In this document: positions 14,441-29,000 of the stretch, one piece after another | How the letters are laid out: every line of letters begins with the position of its first letter | Numbering within the stretch: the stretch's first letter is position 1 | Source: the human T2T-CHM13v2.0 reference genome, Homo sapiens | Strand: one strand, 5' to 3' | Length of the DNA: 64,000 bases | Assembly (NCBI RefSeq): GCF_009914755.1 | Contig: NC_060930.1 | The notes under the pieces: model-generated | Databases searched by the model: none | Seen by the model: the letters and a program-made list of their open reading frames with translations, nothing else | Told to the model about the DNA's origin: nothing | Translations under genes and position numbers: made by a program

Positions 14441-15499
14441 AGTGCAGACACGGCCCTTGGAGCCTGAGACCCTGAGAGCCCCGCCCGGGACCTGGGACTT
14501 CGTCCTGATCCCTCTTCTCCTACACCAAGCATCTTTGTCACACTGTGTGCCTGAGTCCTGGCCAAGGATCTGTCTGTGGAAACCAGGGAGAGACCCCCAG
14601 GCTGCGCCCAGCCCCTTCCCCTTCACTTCTCCTGGAATCCCCGTCCCTGAACTGGACTCCCTGCCTCCCACTCTTTGCCTTACCTTACCTCAGGTAATAT
14701 TAAACTACATCCAGCAAAATAAAGGACACTTACCTCTCCCCTTGGACTCTTGTACAGGGAAACTCACCATGGGGAACTTGATGCCAGACAGTGAGCTCGC
14801 CCTGGGAATGGACGTGTAGAGTCAGGAGTTTTCTCTTTAAACCTGGTGAAGTTTTGTCTGAAAGCACCAGGTAGAGATTCTCATAGAGACCAGTTTCCTT
14901 TTTGTTTATTGATACAGTAGGTAGCACAATATTGGTAATCCCTGAATGATTAGAATTCCAATCTGTGAAAGACCTGTGTCAAAACTGCATTACAATTAAA
15001 TTCTCAAAGCTCCTGTTTTACTTTCGCAGACTATGGATCTGTGACTCTGGGTTGTTGCATTTAAAATTATCCTCATTCTCTAGCCCGAGTTTCCTTGTGT
15101 GAGTCCAGAACATCTCCTGAATACAAAGAAGCAGGGTTTGTTACCGTCTATTGCAACCGGGAGCCTGTAGTCATCACCTCAAAGTTGCGAGGGCTCCATG
15201 CAGTCCCAATGCTCTTCACCAGCGCTCCAGCACTGCCCGTTTTCGTGAACTATGCACATCTAAGCAGTGTGCATATTTTATTTGGACACTTGATATTTTT
15301 GTAACACCTTTTTAAAAAAAATCATAAGGAGGCCATTAGTTTTAAGGCAGTCACACAAAATGTATTAAATACCGGATGCAAAGAACCCCCTGCCAGGCTC
15401 TTCTACTGCTTTAGAATTCTTTCCTCTGCTCCTTTTCCTCACCTCCTGCTTCTCCAGCCCTTCTGTCTGCCCCTCTCATCCTTCACACCCTCTTTCCCC

Positions 15500-15612
15500 C
15501 TTAGTCCCCGCCACCCTGTCACTCCTGAATTGTGGCACTAACACTGTCCCTCACTTCCTGCCCATGTCTGTTCTCCCCACAGTGCTCAGCAGTCCTGCTA
15601 ATGTGACTCAGG
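15500..15612 (-). promoter_or_regulatory. HLA-C: Candidate distal NK-cell promoter of HLA-C: GC box (about 15506), ETS CAGGAAGT (15553-15560), AP-1 TGACTCA (15604-15610)
   Basis: Motif cluster about 1.3 kb upstream of the ATG, matching the known position of the HLA-C NK promoter. Confidence 0.7.
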
Positions 15613-15639
15613 TCGTGTCATTTCTTCACTTATAATGGT

Positions 15640-17240
15640 TGGATTTTGGTCTACCATTTTGCTATACGTTTTCAATTTGTCTCATATCTTTTTGTTTCTG
15701 TTCCTCCTTTGCTACTTTCTTATGTGTCAAGTAAACATTTTTCAGCTTATGGTTTTAATTCTCCTAGTGGCTTTTAGCTATATTTCTTTACATTAATTTT
15801 TTATTGTTGTAAGAATTGAAACCCAATTCCTTGACTTTTCACAGTGAAATTCAGGTAATATTAAGCTGCATCCAGCAAAATAAAGGACACTTCAAATGGT
15901 GTAGTTTCATTTAAACTATCATTATGCTATTATTATTGTATATGTTACATCAATATACGTTATAAACTCAACGATACAGTGTAATACTTTTTGTTTTAGA
16001 CAAGCAGTCACATATCTTCAGGAAATTAAGAAAATGGGTGTGTATGTGATATGTGTATGTGCATCATTTCTGTTGTTAATTGTTCCTTTCTGTATATCTG
16101 GGTCACCATCTAGTATCATTTCCCTTCAGCCTGTAGAACGTCCTTTAAAATTACATGTAGTACAGGACCCCTAGGAAATGAATTTTATGGGTTTGATGAT
16201 CTAACAATGTCTTTATTTTTGCCTTCTTTCCTCCCCCCTCCCCCCCCCTTTTTTTTTTGCTTATTAGGGCGTTTACGTGTAAAAAAATTCACCAGTTTTA
16301 GCTGCACTTTTTGGTGGATATTGGTAATTATTTATAGTGTAACTACCACACTGCCCAGTAGAGAAACACCAAATGCAAAGATCCTCCTACTAGGCCCCTC
16401 CACTGCTTTAGAGTCCTTTCCCCTGCTCCTCGTCCTCTCCTCCTGCTTCCCCAGCCCTTCTCTCTGCCCCTTATCCCTCAGACCTTCTCCCCTTACTTCC
16501 CCCTCCCAGTCACTCCTGAATTGTGGCGCTGTAGAGGACAGTTTCTTTTCCCTAAAAACTTTCTTTATGCCCCTTTCTATTTAATCCTTGCCTCCCACCC
16601 TCACCCCCTTCCCTTCATTCAACCACTGCTGTGCTTTCTGTCACTGCAATAGTGACATTTCTAGAATTTCATGGACATGCAATCATATGTTATGTAGTCT
16701 TTTGTTTGGTCTCTCCCTTAGCATAACGATGTTTGAGATGATGCCATTCATTCATTTTTGTTGCTGAGCAGCTGCCGAGTATTGCTGGAATCCCAGTTTA
16801 TTCATTGGTTTCTGTGTCTCCAGTTGATAGACATGTGGATTCCTCCAGTTAGGGCTTGTTATTAATGAAGCCACTATAAATAACTGCTTACAAGTGTGGC
16901 CTTACATTTTTATTTCTTTTGGATAAATACATATTTGTGGAATTGCTGGGCCATGTGGTAATAGATGGGTAACTGTATAAGAAATTGCCATACCACTTTA
17001 CAAATTGGCTGCCACATTTCTTGCATTCCTACCAGCAATATCAGACATTCCTATTTTTTCCATATTCTTGCCAGTGATAAGACTTATCATATGTCTTTTT
17101 AACTTTACCTGCTCTAGGTGATGTGTGATGGTTTCTCATTGTGGTTTTAACTTGCACTTCTTAGATGACTAGTATTGTTTGCTATCTTTTTATGTTCATC
17201 TAAGTGACTTATTACATATATTTTATGAACTATTTTGCAA
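15640..17240 (-). mobile_element. Old L1M fragments
   Basis: T-rich degenerate L1 3' sequence (e.g. TGGTTTCTCATTGTGGTTTTAACTTGCAC). Confidence 0.6.
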
Positions 17241-17390
17241 ATTCAATGATTAATTCCAGAGACTTTTTCAGAATTCCCTAGTGTTTTCTACATATACAAT
17301 GAAGCTGGTGACAAAGAAAGACTTTCATTTCTTCCTTTCTTATCCATTGATCTGTTTTCTTTTAAAATTATTATTATTTGGTAGAGATGA

Positions 17391-17528
<138 letters not shown>

Positions 17529-17561
17529 TAAACAAGAATGATGAGAGCTCACATGTTTGTT

Positions 17562-20500
17562 TACAAGGAACTTAAACAAATTTACAAGAAAAAAACCCAT
17601 CCCCATCAAAAAGTGGGCAAAGGATATAAACAGACACTTCTCAGAGGAAGACATTTACGTGGCCAAGAAACATATGAAAAAAAGCTCACACACGTATATG
17701 AAACGTGACTGTTTATAATCCTATCCAAAAAAGACCTGATTTCAAGCAACAGCAGGATTGCTTCCGTTCAATACTTGGACCTGCAAACATCAAAAAAGCC
17801 ACTGGAGAAACTGAACGACTCTCTGAAAGCCTTAAACTAAGATATGAAGAAGTTGAAATCTGGAAAAAACTTGAGGAAAAGGACAGGCAGGGGGAAGCAC
17901 AGTGGCTACAACAAAAAAGGCAGGAAACAGGAAGAGAGGATGGCAGCACGTTGGCTAAAGATTCTTTGGAGATTGTATTGGATTCCAAAGACAAAACCCA
18001 AAAGAGCAATGGTGAAAAGAATGAAAAATGTGAGACCAAAGAGAAAGGAGCAATCACAGCAAAGGAACTATACACAATGATGATGGATAAAAACATCAGC
18101 TTGATTATAATGCATGCTCAAAGAATGCAGTATTATCAGGATTCCTGTATTTTACATTCTCTCAGTGTTCCTGAAAAAGCCATCAGTCCAGGAGTCACTG
18201 CTAGCTGGATTGAAGCACACCTCCCAGATGATTCTATAGATACATGGAAGAAGAGGGGGAATGTGGAGTATATGGTACTTCTTGACTGGTTTAGTTCTGC
18301 AAAAGATTTACAGATTGGAACAACACTCTGGCATCTGAAAGATGCACTTTTCAAGTGGGAAAGTAAAACTGTCCTGTGCAATGGGCCTTGGGCCTTTGGT
18401 TTTAGAGGGAGGCTATAAAAACTGGTTCTTTTGCTATTCCCAGTATACAACAAATGCTAAGGTCACTCCACCCCCACAACACCAGAATGAAGAGTTGTCT
18501 ATCTCATTGGATTTTACTTATCCCTCATTGGAAGAATCAATTCCTTCTAAACCTGCTGCCGAGATGCCACCTCCACCTATAGAAGTGGATGAAGACATAG
18601 AATTGATAAGTGATCAAATAAGTGATAATGATCAAAATGAGAGGACAGGACCACTGAATATATCAATTCCAGTTGAATCAGTTGCTGCTTCTAAATCTGA
18701 TGTTTCACCCATCATTCAGCCAGTGCCTAGCATAAAGAATGTTCCACAGATTGATCATACTAAAAAACTGGCAGTCAAATTGCCTGAAGAGCATATAATC
18801 AAATCTGAAAGTACAAATCATGAGCAACAGTCTCCTCAGAATGAAAAAGTTATTCCTGATTGTTCCGCCAAGCCAGTAGTTTCCTCTCCAACTCTCATGT
18901 TAACAGATGAAGAAAAGGCTCATATTCATGCAGAAACTGCTCTTCTAATGGAGAAAAACAAACAAGAAAAAGAACTTCAGGAAAGACAGCAAGGGAAACA
19001 GAAAGAAACTGAGGAGGGAAGAACACGAGCAAAAAGCCAAAAAGAAACAAGAAGCTGCAGAAAATGAAATTACACAGAAGCAACAAAAAGCAAAAGAAGA
19101 AATGGAGAAGAAAGAACGTGAACAGGCCAAGAAAGAGGATAAAGAAATCTCAGCAAAGAAGGGCAAAGAAATAACAAGAGTAAAAAGACAAAGTAAAAGT
19201 GATCATGAAACCTCTGGTGCCGAGAAGTCTGTAGAGGACAGGGGGAGAAGATGTTCAACCCCAGAAGTACAGAAAAAGTCAACAAGAGATGTGTCCCATA
19301 CATCTGCGACAGGGGATTCAGGTTCAGGCAAGCCTTTTAAGATTAAAGGACAACCAGAAACTGGAATTCTAAGGACAGAAACTTTTAGAGAGGATACAGA
19401 TGATACTGAAAGAAATAAAACTCAACGAGAACCTTCGATAATAGCACGAAGTGAAGAAATGGGGAGGATGGTACCAGGACTGCCTTCAGGCTGGGCCAAG
19501 TTTCTTGATCCAATCACTGGAACGTTTCATTATTATCATTCACCACTAACACTGTTCATATGTACCCACTGGAAATGGCTCCTTCATCTGCACCTCCTTC
19601 CACCCCTCCAACTCATAAAGGCAAGCCACAGATTCCTGCTAAGCAGGATAGGGAACCTTCCAAACTGAAATGCTCTTACTCCTCCCCAGATATAACCCAG
19701 GCTATTCAAGAGGAAGCCAGCAGTAACTCCAACAGTTAATCAGGAAGACAAGCCAACATGCTACCCTAAAGCTGAGATCTCAAGGCTTTCTGCTTCTCAG
19801 ATTTGGAAACTCAATCCTGTTTTTGGAGGTTCTGGACCAGCTCTTACTGGACTTCGTAACTTAGGAAATGCTTGTTATATGAACTCAATATTGCAGTGCC
19901 TATGTAATGCTCCACATTTGGCTGATTATTTCAACCGAAACTGTTATCAGGATGATATTAACAAGTCAAATTTGTTAGGGGCATAAAGGTGAAGTGGCAG
20001 AAGAATTTGGTATAATCATGAAAGCCCCGTGGACAGGACAGTATAGATATATCAGTCCAAAAGACCTTAAAGTCACCATTGGGAAGATCAATTACCAGTT
20101 TGCAGGATACAGTCAAGATTCACAAGAATTTCTTCTGTTCCTAATGGATGGTCTCCATGAAGATCTAAATAAAACTGATAATCGGAAGACATATAAAGAA
20201 GAAAATAATGATCATCTCAATGACTTTAAAGCTGCAGAACATGCCTGGCAGAAACACAAGCGGCTCTATGAGTCTATTATTGTTGCACTTTTTCAGGGTC
20301 AATTCAAATCTACAGTACAGTGCCTCACCCGTCACAAAAAGTCTAGGACACTTGAGGCCTTCATGTATTTGTCTCTACTGATAGCATCCACAAGTAAATG
20401 TACATTATAGGATTGCCTTAGATTATTTTCTAAAGAAGAAAAACTCATAGATAATAACAGATTTTACTGCAATCTTTGCAGAGCTCGACGGGATTCTTAA

Positions 20501-22272
20501 AAAAGAAATCTGGAAGTTACCACCTGTGCTTTTAGTGCATCTGAAACATTTTTCCTACAATGGCAGGTGGAAACAAAAATTACAGACATCTGTGGACTTC
20601 CCGTTAGAAAATCTTGCCTTGTCACAGTATGTTATTGGTCCAAAGAACAATTTGAAGAAATATAATTTGTTTTCTGTTTCAGATCACTGCGGTGGGCTGG
20701 ATGGAGGCCATTACACAGCCTACTGTAAAAATGCAGCAAAACAGCGGTGGTTTAAGTTTGATGATCATGAAGTTTCTGATATCTCTGTTTCTTCTGTGAA
20801 ATCTTCAGCAGCTTATATCCTCTTTTATACTTCTTTGGGACCATGAGTAACTGATGTAGGCACATAAGGAGACATAGGTTATAAACTAGTTATCTTTTAA
20901 AAGGCTCAGCAACACAATTCTTGAAATGCTTATCAAGATAATGGTAGCAATAGCTGGCCATTTAGAGGAATTCTAGGACAGTGGGAGCTGTGTTACTAGC
21001 ACTATATAATTCCTGTCAGTGGTGACAAATAACACTTAACAAGTATTGCAGTAAGCATCACTTACAGGTACCATTTATTTCAAAACAACTTTTTTAGTCT
21101 GCTCCAAAGTTAAAATAATTAACTAGCTAAGCATTATTATTCTACTGGTCTAAAAACCATTGTACCCTTTTTTTCCTTTTCACTGTTACAGCCTTTTCAC
21201 ATTTCTAAATCCCATCTTCATATACTATGAATACTCTAGAATGATGTGAAGCAGATAGGAATGTATGTGTACATATTTATTGCATACTTACACATCAAAT
21301 CGATATACATAGTTTAACATGTGGTCCTTTCGTGAAACTTAGAGGATTGCATTTTTTTCTTTGAGCATATTTTGAGTAACTGCAGTGCTTTCTTAGGGAA
21401 ATGACAGGGCAAAGCTATTTTTCTGTTGGCTTTGGGGGCATTTGGGTGCACTAAATCTTTATCTTAAAAAATAAATGGAAACTTCCTTTAATTTTTTGAA
21501 ATGAGACATTAAAATCTTAATGAGAAAAATTAAAAAAGCTCAATATCACTGCTCATTAGAGAAATGTAAATCAAAGCCACAATGAGATACCATCTCCCAC
21601 CAGTCAGAATGGTAATTATTAAAAAGTCAAGAAACAATAGATGCTGGCGAGGCTGTGGAGAAATAGGAACACTTTTACACTGTTGTTGGGAATGTAAACT
21701 AGTTCAACCATTGTGGAAGACAGTGTGGCCATTCCTCAGAGACCTAGAACCAGAAATATTATTTGACCCCTTGGGTATCTACCCAAAGGAATATAAATCA
21801 TTCTACTATAAAGACACATGCACACGTATGTTTACTGCAGCACTATTTACAATAGCAAAGACTTGGAACCAACCCAAATGTCCATCAGTGATAGATGGAT
21901 AAAGAAAATGTGGTGCATACCACCATGGAATAGTACACAGCCAGAAAAAGGAATGAGTTCATGTCCTTTGCAGGGACATGGATGAAGCTGGAAGTCATCA
22001 TCCTCAGCAAACTAACACGGGAACAGAAAACAAAGCACCTCATGTTCTCATTCCTAAGTGAGAGTTGAACAATGACAACACATGGACACAGGGAGGGGAA
22101 CAACACATATCAGGGCCTTTTGGGGAGTGTGGGGGGCAAGGGACGGGAACTTAGAGGATGGGTCAATAGGTGCAGCAAACCACCATGGCAGACTATACGT
22201 ATGTAACAAACCTGCAGGTTCTGCACATGTATCCTGGAACCTAAAGTAAAATAAAACAAAGCAAATTAAAAA
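17562..22272 (+). mobile_element. L1PA 3' end (17562-17688 and 21543-22272) interrupted by USP8P1
   Basis: L1 ORF2 C-terminal sequence is continuous across the insert (CATATGAAAAAAAGCTCA|ATATCACTG...). ORF MRYHLPPVRMVIIKKSRNNRCWRGCGEIGTLLHC; L1 3'UTR and A tail. Confidence 0.9.
17689..21531 (+). pseudogene. USP8P1: USP8 processed pseudogene (5'-truncated, frameshifted, includes 3'UTR)
   Basis: Intronless USP8 homology: [10 protein letters not shown], rhodanese region, GLPSGWAKFLDPITG, Cys box GLRNLGNACYMNS, His box GGHYTAYC, SAAYILFYTSLGP. Multiple frameshifts and stops. TSD AAAAAAGCTCA at 17678-17688 and 21532-21542. Confidence 0.95.
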
Positions 22273-22282
22273 AAGAAAGCCC

Positions 22283-24110
<1,828 letters not shown>

Positions 24111-25228
24111 CAAAGAAACTGCATATCTGGAAAGAGCATATGGTTGGGTTCTGTGTTTTGTTTTTTTTTTTTAACCAATTCACACAATCTCTGCCCTTCA
24201 TTGGAGTGTTGATTCATATAGGTTTTTTTTTCATTATTGATAAGTTTTAGGTCTACCATGTTATTTCCTCAGTTTTGGTTTCTCTGTTCCTCTTGTCCTG
24301 ACCAACGACTTCTTATTAGAAACCATAGAAACAAAAGAAAGTAGAATAACACCTTTAAAGTGCTGGAAGAAAAAAAGGACAACTAAGAATTCTATATCCA
24401 GCACAGATGTCCTTCAAGGACAGGCAAAATAAGGAGATGTTTCAGGTAAAAGAAAATTAAGAGAATTTGTCACCAGCAGATCTGCACAATAACAATTGGT
24501 AAAGAAAATTCTTCAGGCTAAAGGCAAATGATACCAGGTGGGAAATGAGGTTATCAGAAAAGATGAAGATGATCAAAAATGGTAAATACTGAGCTAAGTG
24601 CAAAAGGCTATCTTGTTCCCCTCATTTACTCTAATTTATATACATAGAACTGTTTAAAGATAAGAAGAAGTTTTTTTCTTGTGGGACTTATAACCTATAT
24701 AGATATATTACATATAATATCTGTACCATAAAGATGGACATTTTATAGAGGATAAATGGTTGCAAGATTTCTCTATTTATGGGTACTAGTACATTTTTAA
24801 CTGAAAGTGGACTGTGAAATGTTAAGAAGAGTTAAATTCTGAAGGAAATTGAGACACAAAAACCATTCAAAAGATTAACAAATCTCATGATGGTTTTTTG
24901 AAAAAAACAAAACAAAACAAAATAAAAACTAAACAAAAATAAAACCCTAGCCAGTCTTGAGTCTCATCATTCTACGATTTCAGAACTATTGTGAATACAA
25001 AAGTAATCAAAGAACAGTCCTGCCCAGAAAGAGGAGTTATCCCTAAATATGGTGTCCCTGGAACAGGTGGCTCTCCCTGCTGGACCTCTTCCACGTGGGT
25101 GCTTTCTGCAGTGACTTTGTTGCCTTGCTATTCCACTTTACCCAGTGTCCTCACCCAAGAGACAAGGGGTGTCTGCTGCTGTATCCACACTTGGAGAAAG
25201 AAACCTTGATAGTGTCAGTACATTACAA

Positions 25229-25520
25229 GCTGGGCATGACAGCTCACGCCTGTAATCCCAGCAATTCAGGATGCTAAGGCAAGAGGATTGCTTGAGATCA
25301 GGAATTGGAGACCAGCTTGGACAACATAGTGGGACCCTCGTCTCTAAAAAAAATAAAAATCAGTAAACGGCTGGGCCTGGTGGTGGGCGCTTGTATTTCC
25401 AGGTATTGTGGAGGCTGAGGTGGGAAGATCCCTTGAGCTCATAAATACAAGGCTGCATTGAGCTACGATCCCACCACTGGGCTCCAGCCCAGGCCAGAGT
25501 GAGGTCTTGACTCAAAAAAA
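25229..25520 (+). mobile_element. Alu (AluJ-like)
   Basis: Dimeric Alu, diverged, with imperfect TSD. Confidence 0.88.
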
Positions 25521-25824
25521 TACATTGTAAGCCTTTGCTCACTATGGGTTATTTATTATTTATTCAATGTGTATTTTGATTTTATTTTACTGGCAGCACA
25601 ATAAACCAGGACATGCTGAAACTAGAAATCACATCCACTTTCCAGTGTTAAAAAGCCCAGTCTAGGGAGGTGAGAAGGAGACAGTCCTCATTAGCGTTGA
25701 GGATTCAGGGAGATCGAGATGGGCTGGGCAGGAAGGTTCTTACTTGGAACCTGGAGGATGAGCAATGACATTCCTCTCTCCACCTTAAAGCTCATCCTGG
25801 GCATCTGCCTCCTGGGAGCAGGAG

Positions 25825-26048
25825 CACTGCAAGCTCCGCCTCCCGGGTTCACGCCATTCTGGCTCAGCCTCCCGAGTAGCTGGGACAACAGGTGCCCACC
25901 ACCACGCCCGGCTAATGTTTTGTATTTTTTAGTAGAGACGGGGTTTCACCATGTTAGCCAGGATGGTCTCAATCTCCTGACCTCGTGATCTGCCCACCTC
26001 GACCTCCCAAAGTCCTGGGATTACAGGCGTGAGCCACCGCACCCGGCC
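25825..26048 (-). mobile_element. AluY-like element lacking its 3' end and poly(A)
   Basis: CACTGCAAGCTCCGCCTCCCGGGTTCACGCCATTCT ... GAGCCACCGCACCCGGCC on the plus strand, with no T-tract at the left end. Confidence 0.9.
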
Positions 26049-29000
26049 TCTCCTTGGGATTTCTTTACTGGACACCAGCCTGAGTCAACTTTCCTGTAAA
26101 GCAAAAGAAGCGTGAGGTTGCTAAAGGAGGAATGGTGTGATCTCCACCTTTGGCGAGATCCCTGTCACCGTGTTCAGGCGAAGGGCCAGGCCTTACTCCC
26201 CATGCAGAGAGGAGGCTATGGCCATGAAGACGCCTGTGGAGAAGTGAGGACCTGCTCCCTCTACACTGATGGCCAAGAGCCTACAGATGGCGGAGAAGGC
26301 TTCCCTTCAGCTGTGTCCTATCAGGTTCTTCCAGGAGTCAAGGAGTAGACCTGCATGTTACCTCTGGTGATGTAAGCTGCATGCACACCTAGAAGTGAGG
26401 TCACCCCTGCTGGGGGTCCTGGGGCTGCTGGTTGTTCTGGGTGCTCAGTGTCCAGAAAAGAAGATGGGGAGGAGGCTTTGTGCAAAACAGTAACCATACT
26501 CTATAAATTATTTTTTCATTAGCCTTTGTGTCATAAAATAAAATATAGGACTCCAAAAGAAAAAAATGTCTAAAATTTGTGTCCTTTAATACAAAGTAAA
26601 CACCCATTAATCACCAGGGATAGATGTTTGTGGGGCAAACCAGAAGCCCCATCATTTGCTCCAGCCCAGCAATAAACTCTTTCTTCCCTCAAATAAAAAC
26701 ACAACCTGACTTTTACGATCATCACTTCTTTGTTTTATTTTTATTTTTATCATCCAATATTATGATTTAGTTTTACCTTTAGAAATATGCTTTTGTTTTC
26801 TTTATTCTATAGATTCTTCCTTGAAATTTATATTGTGTGGTAGAGCTTCCCATAGTGTGCATTTTGCTGATTGCTCCCCAAGGCATAGTTTAATATGTAT
26901 TTCTATTATCTGTATTGCCTCTAAATTGGTAATTGGCTATGGAGATCAGCTTCTATTCAGGCTTGGTTTCTTTTTCACTTGGACTTGTTTGATGGTGCTG
27001 TATTGTGTTCTTCCATCAAGAGGAAGAACCTCACATTAGTTTTTTCTTTTATTGTGTTGTTAATTGCCATTGCTATTCAATGGCTAAATCTGTTAATTCA
27101 TGATGGGTTGCAAAAGAGTTATTATAGTCTCAGTCTCTCATTCCTTCTTCATTTATTATCTGAATAATTTCTAAGTAAGAGATTCACCCTCCTCTACTGT
27201 TTGTTTACTACTAGAAACTTGGTTTTTGAGAGACTAAGCCAATCATCTACTCATCTATGATCCAGCAATAGCACTCTTAGTTCTAAACCAATAGAAATGC
27301 ATGTATGTGTGTGCCAAACTATATGAAAATATTATTCATAGCAGCACGATTTGTAAAATCTGTATACAACAAAATTGTCTATCAACAGTGAAAGGACAAG
27401 AAATGTGAGTTATTTATAAAGTGGAGCATTGGACAGCCATGGGAGTGAATAGGCTACGACCACACACAGCGAGATGATGAGACCCAGGGTCATGATGGTG
27501 ACTGTATAATGCCATTCAACTAGACCTGGCAGAACTCATCTGTATTAGAAATCAAGAGTGGCTACTCTAGGGTGGGGAGGGTGGTTTATGACTGAGTAGG
27601 ACCCAAAGATGCCAGCAAAGTAGGCCTCTACATTAAAAAAAAAAAGAGAGAGAAAAATTAAACAGAGAAATTTAAAAGTTTATAAATAATGTTTACTTGT
27701 ATTCAAGAAAATTATAGCGACAGCCGCCAGATAATGATCAGCTCTAAAAAGAGAAGCTCAAGAAGCTCATGCCACAGCAGCTGGTACAGCTGAGGAGATC
27801 AGATAAACCAGCACAAGCATGGTCATGAAAGGGAGCTGCAGACATATGGTTTCCAGAGTTTCAAAATCCATATGACTAAAATCTATGTGATGCGTATTAT
27901 ATGATGACTGCCTCAAGACAGACAGGTGTCCACTTAGAGACACAGAGCTGTGACTTGCAGGGGCTGGTTGATTTTCTCAGAACTCATTAACCTAAATCCA
28001 TTAGTTACCATCCTGTTTCCACTCCTATCATCACCTCAGACAACCCTGCGTTTAGCTCAAGATTCTTCCCTTCATCGTAACTGAAAGTCACTAATGACTG
28101 CAATCAATTTGAAATACTATAAGTAGGTAAGATTTCCTCAGTAAGTAAATGGTCTTAGCATATTTTTGAAGTCATAACTATAATCAAAGCCTGGGACATT
28201 TATTTGCTCTAAACAAGCAGTTATTCTTCATCCAGAATTACACAATAGAAGCTCTCATTCTTGCATTTCCCAACAGTTTGCCTTAGCCAGGAAAATAAAC
28301 CCCATGGGTCTCTAGCATGACCACAGTGCAAGAATAAGGGGAAGGGCAGAGGTGAGAACTAAGTGCTCTTCTACAGCTACGGGTCTATCAAGGTAATCTT
28401 GAGAGGTACTTATCAATATGTGATGTGCCAGCAACAACATGAGGGAAGATAACCACGTGTTTCTAGGATAAGGCAAAGGCCCTGCTCATGGATTCATCCG
28501 TAATCTGAACACAGCACATGAAGAGTGAACAGCTGTCAATATCTACTTTCACCTCAATGTAAACTTTCAAAATTAAGACCAAGTGGAGCACGGTGCCCTC
28601 TGAAGCACTGTCTGTCACACACTAAGGAGCTAAGAACTCCTGTGGCCTCCTTTAGAACACAGCTCTTCCAGGACACACAATGAGCAGGCCTGCTTTAGCA
28701 CCCAGGGCCCACATGCAGCTGCTCTGCCCAGAGCTGCCCAGCTCCTGGACCACTCACCTCTGCTCCTGCTGGCTGGTGCCCAAGCTGTAAGGGCTGGCAA
28801 ATATTTTGAGTATTGGTCCCAAAGGCCCCTGAAGGTGAAAGGATCTTGTTCTTCATTTTCATTACTTCTAAGCACTGAGACCTCTTACAAGAATCATCCA
28901 CAAGCATTTACTAAGTGAATGTTCACAGGAAACCCTTCCTGAAAAGGGTCCTTCCAACTTTACATTTGACAAGTGTGTACTAAGGCAATAAAACTATTCA

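Noticed and set aside
15050-15075. Possible OCT1 site about 840 bp upstream of HLA-C (known expression-linked SNP region)
   Set aside because: An AT-rich TTGCATTTAAAAT motif is present, but I cannot place the variant or its allele from sequence alone
17705-20846. USP8-like ORFs as a functional deubiquitinase gene
   Set aside because: 5'-truncated, intronless, broken into several frames by stops and frameshifts, and inserted in L1 with a TSD
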